Of a stretch of DNA of 42,449 nt, positions 8,176 through 16,775 are shown piece after piece. The first letter of the stretch is position 1; every line of letters begins with the position of its first letter. The stretch is from Angelakisella sp. (GTDB taxonomy: Bacteria > Bacillota > Clostridia > Oscillospirales > Ruminococcaceae), in contig JAAWGY010000001.1 of the NCBI GenBank assembly GCA_022795575.1, positions 1-42,449 on the forward strand. Reading direction: 5' to 3'. Under the pieces are notes generated by a model. The model saw only the letters and a list, made by a program, of their open reading frames with translations. It searched no databases and had not been told where the DNA came from. Position numbers and translations under genes: made by a program.

Positions 8176-9132
8176 CTAACATCCCTCCCTTTGCCGGCGC
8201 CACAGGACGCTGGCCAGTATGGCCACACCGGCGGCGTTATCGGCAGAAAATTCCGGCGCGGCAAAATCGCAGCCAAACCGCCCTGCCAGCTCCTCCCGCA
8301 GGATGCCGTTGGAGGCCACCCCGCCGGAGAAGACCACCGGCAGCCCCGGGTGCTCCGCCAGCGCCTCCCCGGTCATCCGGCAGAGGACGGCGCAGACCTG
8401 GGCCAGCACAAAGCGGCAGAGGTCCTCCGGGGCGGTGCCGGCCGCCAGCAGCTGGGCCGCCTTGTTCTCCAGGCCGGAAAGGCAGCAGTCCCGCCCCCGG
8501 AAGGCGGGGCGGGCAGGCTTGTCCCACCGGCCCCGCCGGGCCAGCTCCTCCAGCCGGGGCCCCGCCGGGAAGCCCAGCTTTAGCATCCGCCCCACCCGGT
8601 CGATCAGCTGCCCGGCGCTGATATCCAGGGTTTTGGCGATGATCTCCGGGGCAAAGACCGCCTCCCGGCTGGGCCGGACCAGCAGCCCCTCCAGGGTGCC
8701 GCCGGAAACATGAAAGGCCAGAAAGGGCCGCTCCATCAGCTCCATCCGCCCGGCGGACCAGAGGGCGGCGGCGATGTGGCCGTTTTGGTGGGAGGTGGCA
8801 AAAAAGGGCACCCCGCCCACCCTGGCCACCGCCTGCCCCACGGTGCTGCCCGCCAAAAAGCAGGGCATATAGGATTCCGGCAGGCTCCGGGGCCGGTCTG
8901 AGGCGCAGACGGCGGCCAGCCCGCCCCCCTCCCCCAAATCCAGCCCCGCCAGCACCTGGGGGAGCTGGCGGACATGATGAAAAAGAGCATCACTCTGCCG
9001 CAGGCCCAGCTCCCCCTCCCCCACCGGGAGGAGCCTCCTGCTGTGGCAGACAGTGCTGCTCTCTGGTTCATAAGCCGCGACAGAGGTGGTGTAGTTGCTG
9101 GTGTCAATCCCCAGGAAGTACGGTTTATCCAA
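8176..9132 (-). CDS. TsaD/Kae1-like (peptidase M22 / ASKHA fold) protein, divergent paralog
   Basis: LGIDTSNYTTS, SHQNGH metal site, HVSGGT, TLDISAGQLIDRVG, GFPAGP, SGGVASN, DNAAG correspond to TsaD/Kae1 motifs. TTG start at 9132 overlapping the nusB stop. Confidence 0.88.
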   Translation of the reverse strand: MDKPYFLGIDTSNYTTSVAAYEPESSTVCHSRRLLPVGEGELGLRQSDALFHHVRQLPQVLAGLDLGEGGGLAAVCASDRPRSLPESYMPCFLAGSTVGQAVARVGGVPFFATSHQNGHIAAALWSAGRMELMERPFLAFHVSGGTLEGLLVRPSREAVFAPEIIAKTLDISAGQLIDRVGRMLKLGFPAGPRLEELARRGRWDKPARPAFRGRDCCLSGLENKAAQLLAAGTAPEDLCRFVLAQVCAVLCRMTGEALAEHPGLPVVFSGGVASNGILREELAGRFGCDFAAPEFSADNAAGVAILASVLWRRQREGC

Positions 9133-9559
9133 TTTCCTTCTTCCCGCCTTCCTCGCCGGCCTCCCGGCTCCTTGCATAGCCCCCCAGCACCCCGTTGACA
9201 TAAGCCGGGTCGTCATCGCCGCCGTATTTTTTGGTCAGCTCCACCGCCTCGTCGATGGCGGCCCCCACCGGCACCTCCAGCCAAAGCATCTCGCAAAGGG
9301 CCAGCCGGAGTACCGAAAGCGTCACCTTGGGCAGGCGGTTCAGCTTCCATTTGGCGGAAAAGCGGTCGATGATGGCGTCCAGCTCCTCCCGGTGCTCCCG
9401 CACCGCCGAAGCGGCCTTTACCGCGTATCCGCTTACCGCAATGTCCCGGCACTGGCTGGCGGAATCCACCAGCTCCTCCACCGGGGCGTTGTTAAAGATC
9501 ATCTCAAAGACCAGCGCGAACGCCTGCTCGCGGGCCTCCCGCTTGGCGGTTTTTGCCAT
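9125..9559 (-). CDS. nusB: Transcription antitermination factor NusB
   Basis: REAREQAF, WKLNRL, LRLALCEM, IDEAVELTKKYG, YVNGVLG; ATG at 9559 after GGAGGG. Confidence 0.96.
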   Translation of the reverse strand: MAKTAKREAREQAFALVFEMIFNNAPVEELVDSASQCRDIAVSGYAVKAASAVREHREELDAIIDRFSAKWKLNRLPKVTLSVLRLALCEMLWLEVPVGAAIDEAVELTKKYGGDDDPAYVNGVLGGYARSREAGEEGGKKEIG

Positions 9560-9695
9560 ATTCCCCTCCACACAAATCCTCATAAACACCTACAAAAGCC
9601 TCTTTTTCACAAGCGGCCTTGCGTTTTGCCGGAAACCCCTTTGGGCCCTCCTCTGTCATCCGCCCCCGCTTGCCGCCAAGGGCCGGCCCAGGGGC

Positions 9696-10061
9696 CTACT
9701 CCCCGGGGGTCTCCTCGGCAAAGTCCACCCCCACAATTTGCAGGTTTACCTTGGAGACCACAATGCCGGTCATATTCTGCACCGCCTCCTTGACGTTGGT
9801 TTGCAGCTTTTTGGCCAGCTCCGGGATCTTGGTGCCGTGCTTTACCTTGACGCGGATATCGATGACGGCCACCCCGTCCTCCAGCTGGATGGAGATGGGC
9901 CGCAGGGGCTGGCGCTCCAGCCAGCCGGTGATGCTGGCCGGCATCGGGGCCAGGGCGGCGACACCCTCCATATCGGCAACGGCATAACCAGCAATAGAGG
10001 CGATGACATCCTGGGAGATCTTGAGGCTCCCGGCGTTGGGAACATATTTCTGCTCAGACAT
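9696..10061 (-). CDS. Asp23/Gls24 family envelope stress response protein
   Basis: GSLKISQDVIASIAG, KIPELAKKLQTNVKEAVQNMTG, VNLQIVGV; ATG at 10061 after GGAGG; upstream of nusB as in other Firmicutes. Confidence 0.93.
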   Translation of the reverse strand: MSEQKYVPNAGSLKISQDVIASIAGYAVADMEGVAALAPMPASITGWLERQPLRPISIQLEDGVAVIDIRVKVKHGTKIPELAKKLQTNVKEAVQNMTGIVVSKVNLQIVGVDFAEETPGE

Positions 10062-10350
10062 TTGTTGTACCTCCAGATTTTGGTGTCGGCGACGCGCCTG
10101 CTTGGGCTCCCTCCGGGCCGGGGCGGCAGGGCGAAGAAAAGCCTGCCCGGCCCGGGGAGGGCTCTCCCACAGGCGCCTGAAGCAAAGGCGGACCGCCTTT
10201 TGGAACGGTAAGGAAATGGGGCACAACAGCCGCAGCGGCTATCATACCCCATTTCTCAGGGGTCCCCCGCCGCCCCCCGGGGGAGGACGGAAAAGGACCG
10301 CCTTGGTACCATCGGAAACCTGCTTTTGGGTATAATATCCATCACGGGAT

Positions 10351-10378
10351 ATTATACCACATTTTCCGAGCAGTACAA
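10351..10378 (-). promoter_or_regulatory. Sigma-A-type promoter for the asp23-nusB cluster
   Basis: TTGTAC-16 nt-TATAAT with TG extension; the -10 box lies in one arm of a perfect 12-bp inverted repeat (10329-10358). Confidence 0.65.
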
Positions 10379-10379
10379 C

Positions 10380-10967
10380 CTATTTGATTTCGATAATCGA
10401 AATATTTTTATCCGGCACCTCCACCTCGCCAAGGATGACGTCCTTGATCTGGGCGGCCTCGCTGTCGGTCATATCGGTGCACTTTACCAGCACGTCGATG
10501 CGGTCCTCCTCCAGGTAAACCATGCACTCGGCAAAGCCCCGGGCCTTAATCAGGTTTTCAATCTTCCCCTCGGTCTCGATGGATTTGGCGATGCTGGCGG
10601 CCTCCATGGTCAGCTGGGTCATCTGGTCGGTGGTGAGGTTGGCGTCCTCCAGCATATACTTAAGGGCGTCGGCGGCCTCGTCCCGGGCCTTGGTGCGGGA
10701 GAGCTTTGCCTCCGCAAAGTACGCCTCCCCGTAGGCAGCGGCGGCGTCCGCGTCCTCCCCGCCTGTGCCGTCCCCCGTGGGGGCCGGGGCGGTCATACCG
10801 TCCACCACACCGTCCACCGGGCCCTCCACCGCCACCTTGCTGGTGTTCTCAAAGCTGTCGCCGTTGATCTTTACATACTCCCAGTTGAGGTAGACCGCCA
10901 CACTGAGGGCCAGCACAAGGGCGGAAAGGACGATGTGCTTTTTGCTGATAATCATGTTCATTTTCAT
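10380..10967 (-). CDS. spoIIIAH: Stage III sporulation protein AH
   Basis: N-terminal TM (LVLALSVAVYLNW), YFAEAKLSR, IENLIKARGF; last gene of the spoIIIA cluster. Confidence 0.93.
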   Translation of the reverse strand: MKMNMIISKKHIVLSALVLALSVAVYLNWEYVKINGDSFENTSKVAVEGPVDGVVDGMTAPAPTGDGTGGEDADAAAAYGEAYFAEAKLSRTKARDEAADALKYMLEDANLTTDQMTQLTMEAASIAKSIETEGKIENLIKARGFAECMVYLEEDRIDVLVKCTDMTDSEAAQIKDVILGEVEVPDKNISIIEIK

Positions 10968-11021
10968 TGCTGCATAACCTCCATGCTGTTTTTGGTACCA
11001 ATATGGGCGTTCCCCACTGCC

Positions 11022-11585
11022 CTACCCGGTGCTGAGCCGGGAGACCGCGATGCGGGCAGAGGATATGTTAAGCGCCACCTTCACCGTATCCACCACCTTT
11101 CCCACCACCTGGGGGTCGCCGCCCCCTTCACAGACCACCACCACGCCCTTCACCTCCGGCTCCAGCCGTGCCGTCACCAGGGGCACCTTGCCCCCGGCCC
11201 CGTCCACCAGGACATAGGTCTGCTCTGTCACCTGCTTTTCCTGGGTCTTTTTTTCATCCTGGGCCCGGATGTCCTCCAGGACGTCGTTGTTCACCTTCTC
11301 GGATTTGGCGTAAACCTGGCGGTACCCGTTTTCCAGCGTCACCATCACCCGGACCTCCCCCACCCCCTCCATCTGCCCCAGGATGGTCTGGAGCCGGTCC
11401 TCCAATTCGGCGGCGTAGGCCTTGGCCTCCGCCTCCTGGACGCCGGCGTCCCGCGCCTCCGGCGCTTTTTCCGGCAGCAGGGAGGAGATGCCGATGAGCA
11501 GGATACCGGCCAGCCCCAGCACAAACAGCAGCGTTTGCAGGCTGATCCGGCGCTTGCCGATCTTCAGAATCGTTTGTTCCTTCAT
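11022..11585 (-). CDS. spoIIIAG: Stage III sporulation protein AG
   Basis: LEDRLQTILGQMEGVGEVRVMVTLE and PEVKGVVVVCEGG; ATG at 11585 after GGAGGG. Confidence 0.93.
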   Translation of the reverse strand: MKEQTILKIGKRRISLQTLLFVLGLAGILLIGISSLLPEKAPEARDAGVQEAEAKAYAAELEDRLQTILGQMEGVGEVRVMVTLENGYRQVYAKSEKVNNDVLEDIRAQDEKKTQEKQVTEQTYVLVDGAGGKVPLVTARLEPEVKGVVVVCEGGGDPQVVGKVVDTVKVALNISSARIAVSRLSTG

Positions 11586-11598
11586 GGTCCCTCCCGCC

Positions 11599-12072
11599 CT
11601 ATCCCAGCCGGACAGCGATGCCCAGCTCCTTTTCCAGCAGCTGCCGGAGCTCCTCGCCCCGGCCCGCAAGCTCCCGGGGCAGGATCAGCTCCGCCGTGAG
11701 CTCCGGCCTGCCGTTGTCCTTTGGTTCCTTTGCTTCTATGTATATTTGGATGTCCTGCCCGTTTATGCCAGATTCCCGCAGTTCCTCCACCGCCCTTTGG
11801 CGCAGCTCCTCCCGGGAGCGCTCCAGGGTATCCTGGAGAAAAAACTCGGTGACTTCGCCGGCGGCCTGCTCCATGGAGGCGGACGCCTCCGGCGGGTCCA
11901 GGTCCGGCAGCTCCAGCCGCATCCCCGCCGGCAGCAGGCAGCAGAGCATAAACAGCCCCAGCACCAGCCGCATCAGCCGCTCGGTCCCCCGGCTGGGGAG
12001 CAGCACCGATACCGCCCCGCAGAGCACCGCCCCGCAGCAGATGGTAAACACCCAGCGGTTTACCTCGGTCAT
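11599..12072 (-). CDS. spoIIIAF: Stage III sporulation protein AF
   Basis: Two N-terminal TM segments with LLP...RLVLGL pattern; position between AE and AG. Confidence 0.8.
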   Translation of the reverse strand: MTEVNRWVFTICCGAVLCGAVSVLLPSRGTERLMRLVLGLFMLCCLLPAGMRLELPDLDPPEASASMEQAAGEVTEFFLQDTLERSREELRQRAVEELRESGINGQDIQIYIEAKEPKDNGRPELTAELILPRELAGRGEELRQLLEKELGIAVRLG

Positions 12073-12096
12073 GGCCCCGCCCTCCCTTCGTTTTGC

Positions 12097-13242
12097 TCAC
12101 CCGCCCCGGAAGGTGACAATCAGCAGCGTGGTGGAGATAATCACCAGCAGGGCGTCGTACAGAAGCACCGCCATAATGATGCCGATGGTGGAGGAAAGCG
12201 ATTTGAGCAGCTGGGTGATCTGGGTAAGGGAGAACAGCTCGCTCACCACCCCGCCCAGGCTGATGGTGAGGTACCAAACCCCGCAGCGCGCCAGCACCGG
12301 CAGAAAGGTGAGGGCGGTGACGACGATGCCGAAGGCCCCCAGCGTCCCCTTGACCAGCTGGATGCACCCCTGGGCCGCGGCAAAGAGGTCCGAGAGGGCC
12401 CCGCCCACCACCGGGATCATGCTGCCGATAAAAAACTTGGTGGTTTTGGCCGAGAGGGAATCCCCCCCGGAGGCCACCACCGACTGGATGGACATCAGGC
12501 CGATGAAGACGGTGAGGACAAGGCCCAGGGACCAGGTGACAAAGGTCTTGATCCCCCCCACAAACCCGGACAGCTTCAGCTTGGGGCAGACCACCGAGAT
12601 CACCGACAGCGCCAGATAGGCGCAGAGGAGTGGGAGGAACACCGCTGTCACCAGCTGTGCCGTCAGCTGGCACATCCAGAAGAGCAGGAGGTTGTAGGCC
12701 ATACCGGTCATGGGCTGGCCCGATGCGGTGACAACCCCGGCAAAGACCGGGATAAAGGTGAGGATAAAGACCGCAAAATCCCCGATGACCTGCCGCGCGT
12801 CGATGATACAGGCCACAATGGGGTCGATGATGACGCCGCTGATAAAAACGGTGATGACCACCCCCAGGATGGCCTCCATCCCCCCCGAGGCAAAGGAGGC
12901 CCCCAGGCTCTCCAGCATGGCGCATAGAATCAGGATGCCGGTAAGGGAGACCAGCAGCCGCGCCGGGGCCCGCACCGAACGCCCCAGGCTGCTCCACACC
13001 GCCTTTAGCAGCAGCCGGGGGGTAAAGCCCTCCACCGTGCCGGTGACGCCGTCCAGCTCCAGCTCCGCCAAAAGGCCCCGGGCCTCCTCCGGCAGCCTGT
13101 CCAGGACGCCGCCGGCGCCGCTTTGGTCAAAAAAGGCGTCCATCTGCCCCCGGTAATCGTACTCCGCCCCCCAGGCGGGGACGGCCAGCGCCGCCAGCAG
13201 CAGCAGGGCGGTTATCCCCGCCAGCAGCCCCTTTCCCTTCAT
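12097..13242 (-). CDS. spoIIIAE: Stage III sporulation protein AE
   Basis: Signal peptide plus many TMs, KFFIGSMIPVVGGALSD motif. Confidence 0.93.
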   Translation of the reverse strand: MKGKGLLAGITALLLLAALAVPAWGAEYDYRGQMDAFFDQSGAGGVLDRLPEEARGLLAELELDGVTGTVEGFTPRLLLKAVWSSLGRSVRAPARLLVSLTGILILCAMLESLGASFASGGMEAILGVVITVFISGVIIDPIVACIIDARQVIGDFAVFILTFIPVFAGVVTASGQPMTGMAYNLLLFWMCQLTAQLVTAVFLPLLCAYLALSVISVVCPKLKLSGFVGGIKTFVTWSLGLVLTVFIGLMSIQSVVASGGDSLSAKTTKFFIGSMIPVVGGALSDLFAAAQGCIQLVKGTLGAFGIVVTALTFLPVLARCGVWYLTISLGGVVSELFSLTQITQLLKSLSSTIGIIMAVLLYDALLVIISTTLLIVTFRGG

Positions 13243-13354
13243 TTTACAACATCCCCTTTGAGCCTATTCAGGAGTTCCCGGCTCACCGTCTTGGCAGGTT
13301 TTTTTGCGCCCTGCTGCGTTACTGCGCCCGCAGGCACATCCAGATACAAACGCT

Positions 13355-13753
13355 TTAGGCCAGGCTCAGCAGCCGCCCCGCCACCAGCAGCAGCCGCTCG
13401 AACAGGGGCAGGCTCACCAGCACCAGCGTCACCTTGCCCGCCAGCTCCACCTTGGCCCCGATGGCGTTCTCCCCGGCGTCCCGGCAGGTCTGGCCCGCCA
13501 GCTCGGTGAGGATGCAGACCCCCAGGCACTTCATCACCACCCCCACCAGCTCCCCGGAGAGGAGGGAATCGGCAAAAAGGTCCTCCAGCCGCTCCACCAC
13601 CTGGGCGATGCCCTGGAGCAGGTAGAGCACCACCACCAGGCTACAGGCCAGGCTGACAAAGACGGCGTACTCCGGGCGGTACTGCCGCAGCATCAGGGCC
13701 AGCACCGCGGCGGTGATGCAGAAGACGGCCACCCCAAACAGATCCATACTCAT
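13355..13753 (-). CDS. spoIIIAD: Stage III sporulation protein AD
   Basis: LRQYRPEYA and CRDAGENAIGAKVELAGK motifs. Confidence 0.95.
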   Translation of the reverse strand: MSMDLFGVAVFCITAAVLALMLRQYRPEYAVFVSLACSLVVVLYLLQGIAQVVERLEDLFADSLLSGELVGVVMKCLGVCILTELAGQTCRDAGENAIGAKVELAGKVTLVLVSLPLFERLLLVAGRLLSLA

Positions 13754-13944
13754 AGCCCAAACACCGTCTTTACCGTCTCAAACAGGTTGCTGATCTCCTG
13801 GATCATCATCATCAGCACCACGATAAGCCCCGCCAGGGAGGTCAGCATCGCCTGCTCCTCCCGCCCGGACCGGAGAAGCACCTGGTACAGCACCGAAACA
13901 ATGATGCCGATGGCGGCGATTCGGAAAATCAGATCCACATCCAT
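13750..13944 (-). CDS. spoIIIAC: Stage III sporulation protein AC
   Basis: MDVDLIFRIAAIGIIV...SGREEQA...LFETVKTVFGL. Confidence 0.97.
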   Translation of the reverse strand: MDVDLIFRIAAIGIIVSVLYQVLLRSGREEQAMLTSLAGLIVVLMMMIQEISNLFETVKTVFGL

Positions 13945-14099
13945 TTTTCAGCACTCCCAACCCTTTTTCCTTCCCGGCGTCCCCGCCGAAGCCTCCGGCA
14001 GCGGCAGCCGCCCCCCGCCGGGGCCACAGCCGGAGGGGCAAACGGTCCGGCTGCTCCTATCGATAGAGCCGCTGTCCCGCCCGGGGCGGATACCGCTGC

Positions 14100-14588
14100 T
14101 CAGGCCAGCACGACCACCGCCAGCAGCCCCAGCAGGATCCCCATCCGCTGCCACAGCCCGCCCCGCCGCCGGCTCTCCTCCCGGGCCAGTTCCGCCTCCC
14201 GCCCCAGGCGGAGGACGGCGCCCTCCAGGGCGGAAAGCTGCTCCTCCAGCGGCTTTACCCCGATGACGTCCCCCAGGGAGCGCAGCACCTCCTCCACCGC
14301 CCCGGTCCTCCCCGCCGCCGCTGCCGCCGCGGCAAAGCTGCCGCTCTGCCGGAAGGCCTCCGCCATGGCCTCCACCCCCGGCAGGCCGGTAAAGGCGGTC
14401 TGCTTTGCCAGCATCCGGATAATCTCCCGGGGGGCGGCCCGGGTGCCGGCAAGGGTGACGGAAAACTGCCGGAGAAGCTCCTGCCAGCCGCCAACCACCC
14501 TTGCCCCCTCCGCCAGGGACCGGGCCTTGGCGAAGCCGCAGAGAACGCCGCAGCTAAAAACCATCACCAGCCCCAGCAGCTTCAGCAT
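14100..14588 (-). CDS. spoIIIAB: Stage III sporulation protein AB
   Basis: MLKLLG N-terminal TM and C-terminal MGILLGLLAVVVL; between AA and AC. Confidence 0.87.
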   Translation of the reverse strand: MLKLLGLVMVFSCGVLCGFAKARSLAEGARVVGGWQELLRQFSVTLAGTRAAPREIIRMLAKQTAFTGLPGVEAMAEAFRQSGSFAAAAAAAGRTGAVEEVLRSLGDVIGVKPLEEQLSALEGAVLRLGREAELAREESRRRGGLWQRMGILLGLLAVVVLA

Positions 14589-15537
14589 GGTACGCCTCCT
14601 TTGTCACAAGCGCCGCCAACCGGGCGGGACGGTCCGGGGTATCCAGCAGGGCCACGGCCCCAAAGGCGCCGGTCTCCATCAGCGCCCGGAGGACGGGGCT
14701 GCGCGGCAGCTCCTCCCGGCAGCCGCAGTGGACGGTGGCCACAAACCGCACCCCGCAGGCCAGCCCGGAGGCTACCTCCCCCACCTCCTCCAGCGAGCCC
14801 AGCTCGTCGCAGAGGATGTACTCCGGGGAGAGGGTCCGCACCGCCTGCCGGATGGCCTCCCCCTTGGGCAGGCCGCAGACCGCCTCGCCGCAAAGGCCGA
14901 TGTCCCGCCGGGGCATCCCCCGGAACATGGCGGAAAGCTCGTACCGCTCGTCGATGAACACCACCTTGCGGCAGTCCCCCAGCTCCCCGGAGGCCAGCAT
15001 CCGGCCCAAATCCCGCAGCAGGGTGGTCTTGCCGCTCCCCGGCCCCCCGGCCAGGATCAGCCCCGGCCCCCGGGCCAGGTCCCACCTTTGGCAGAGCTCC
15101 CGCCCCACCCCCGGGATCTCCCGGGAAACCCGCAGGCAGAGGGAGGAAATCTCCCGGCAGGAAACCGTCCCGTCCCGGTCCCGCACCACGCTGGCGCAGA
15201 GCCCCACCCGGTCCCCCTTGGGGGTGGTGACAAACCCCTGCTCCATCTCCCGCTGGTGGGTGTGCACCGAGTAATCGCAGAGGCGGACAAAGGCCTCCTG
15301 CAAAAGCTCCTGGTCCACCAGCAGGCCGTCCCTTCCGTCATCGGCAAGCCTGCCCCGCCCGGTGACAAACCGGCTGCGGCTGCCGTCGTAGACCGAAAGG
15401 GGCCGGCCGGCCCGCAGCCGCACCTCCCGGATGCGGCCCTTGTCCCCCTCCGGCACCCGCTCCAGCACCTCCCGCAGGATGGGCGGGAGGTAGAAAAGGG
15501 CCTCCTCGTACTCCGCCGCAAGCCCCCGTGTATCCAT
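14554..15537 (-). CDS. spoIIIAA: Stage III sporulation protein AA (ATPase)
   Basis: EVRLRAGRP, GFVTTPKGDRVG, Walker A GPGSGKTTLLRD, IDERYEL, LSPEYILCDELG. Confidence 0.95.
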   Translation of the reverse strand: MDTRGLAAEYEEALFYLPPILREVLERVPEGDKGRIREVRLRAGRPLSVYDGSRSRFVTGRGRLADDGRDGLLVDQELLQEAFVRLCDYSVHTHQREMEQGFVTTPKGDRVGLCASVVRDRDGTVSCREISSLCLRVSREIPGVGRELCQRWDLARGPGLILAGGPGSGKTTLLRDLGRMLASGELGDCRKVVFIDERYELSAMFRGMPRRDIGLCGEAVCGLPKGEAIRQAVRTLSPEYILCDELGSLEEVGEVASGLACGVRFVATVHCGCREELPRSPVLRALMETGAFGAVALLDTPDRPARLAALVTKEAYHAEAAGAGDGF

Positions 15538-15581
15538 ACACCCGCCCCCCTTTTTTTGGCCGCTTGTCCCTGGTATGGTTC

Positions 15582-15610
15582 AATATATGGGGGGTCGTCC
15601 GAGTTTATGA
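15582..15610 (-). promoter_or_regulatory. Sigma-E-type promoter of spoIIIA operon
   Basis: TCATAAA-14 nt-CATATATT matches the mother-cell sigma-E consensus; spoIIIA is sigma-E controlled in B. subtilis. Confidence 0.8.
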
Positions 15611-15646
15611 CAAAGAAAATCCCCCGGGACAATGTCTCGGGGGATT
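15611..15646 (-). terminator. Intrinsic terminator after the small MazG-like gene
   Basis: Minus strand AATCCCCCGAGAC-ATT-GTCCCGGGGGATT followed by TTCTTTG. Confidence 0.75.
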
Positions 15647-15660
15647 GGGTTACGCCGTTT

Positions 15661-15981
15661 TTACCGGCCCGTCTCAAAGGCGGGGGCCTGTCCGGGGCGG
15701 CGTTTTTCGTTGTGGGCCTCCTTGATAGGGATGACCGTTTCCATATCGATGCCGTAGAGGTTGGCAAGAGCCAGGGTATAGTACATCACATCCCAAAGCT
15801 CCTCGCCGAGGGTGCCGATGATGTCATCGGGAGCCTTGGGGAGCAGGCCCTTGTGCATGGCGCGGGCCACCTCCCCTACCTCCTCCGCCAGCTTTAGGAA
15901 GTATTCCCGCTCCTGCCCGGGCTTGAAATCCTTCTGCCGCAGGTAGTCCTGCAAATATTTTACAGTGATGTTCCCGTCCAC
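15661..15981 (-). CDS. Single-domain MazG-like nucleotide pyrophosphohydrolase
   Basis: LKLAEEVGEVA and LGEELWDVMYY...LANLYGIDM motifs. Confidence 0.9.
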   Translation of the reverse strand: MDGNITVKYLQDYLRQKDFKPGQEREYFLKLAEEVGEVARAMHKGLLPKAPDDIIGTLGEELWDVMYYTLALANLYGIDMETVIPIKEAHNEKRRPGQAPAFETGR

Positions 15982-15986
15982 GCCTG

Positions 15987-16670
15987 TTACCTTCGATCGT
16001 CCCAGGGGCCCTTGACCACGTTATTTTTGCGCATCTGGTTGCGGAAGTTGTTGCGCACCTTGCGGTACTTAAAGTAGTTTTGGACACTCCCGGAGATGTA
16101 GGGCCAGAAGAAGATGAAGAAGTTGGCCAAAGCCAGCAGCGCCGCCAGCTTGCCCCCCAGGGGCTGGAAGAGGATGGCAGCGCCGAAGATCACCCAATCC
16201 AGCATGGCCAGGTACTTTACCTTAAGGGGGATAAACATCATAAAGAGGATCTCCTCGTTGGGAAAGAGGGCGGCGTAGGCCAGAAAGAGGGAGAGGTTCA
16301 GGTAGGTGGCGCTGCTGACGCCGGTGATGAACCCCCCCAGGATGGCCCCAATGGTTCCCAGCAGGTAGTAGAGGGTAAACTGAAACACCCCCCAGGCGTA
16401 CTCCAGCCGGCAGCCGATCCAGTAGTAGAAGTACAGCATCAGCACCAGAGTAAAAAGACTGCCGCTGTAGTCCACAAAAAGGAAGGTGATCAGCCGCCAC
16501 ACCTGCCCCCGAAGGATCATCTCCCGGCTAAAGGAGAGCCACAGACGGACAGGCACCCCGCCGAACATCTCCACCAGGGTAAAAATCAGGGTGGTGGAGG
16601 TGATATACATCATCAGGTTTGGGATGCCAAAGCCCCCAAACCGCCGTTCCAGCTTGTTAAGCCAGTTCAC
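15987..16670 (-). CDS. Rhomboid-superfamily membrane protein (no recognisable catalytic motif)
   Basis: About six hydrophobic segments and GQVWRLITFLF (WR motif); no GxSG nucleophile motif visible. Confidence 0.75.
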   Translation of the reverse strand: MNWLNKLERRFGGFGIPNLMMYITSTTLIFTLVEMFGGVPVRLWLSFSREMILRGQVWRLITFLFVDYSGSLFTLVLMLYFYYWIGCRLEYAWGVFQFTLYYLLGTIGAILGGFITGVSSATYLNLSLFLAYAALFPNEEILFMMFIPLKVKYLAMLDWVIFGAAILFQPLGGKLAALLALANFFIFFWPYISGSVQNYFKYRKVRNNFRNQMRKNNVVKGPWDDRR

Positions 16671-16775
16671 ATCGCTTCCCCTTTCTGGTTCGGCAGCGGC
16701 GCGCCGCAGCCGGGATGCCCCCGGCAGCCGGCGCCGCCTGCCGTTTTCTACAAAGTATGCCCGCCGGCTGCCAGC

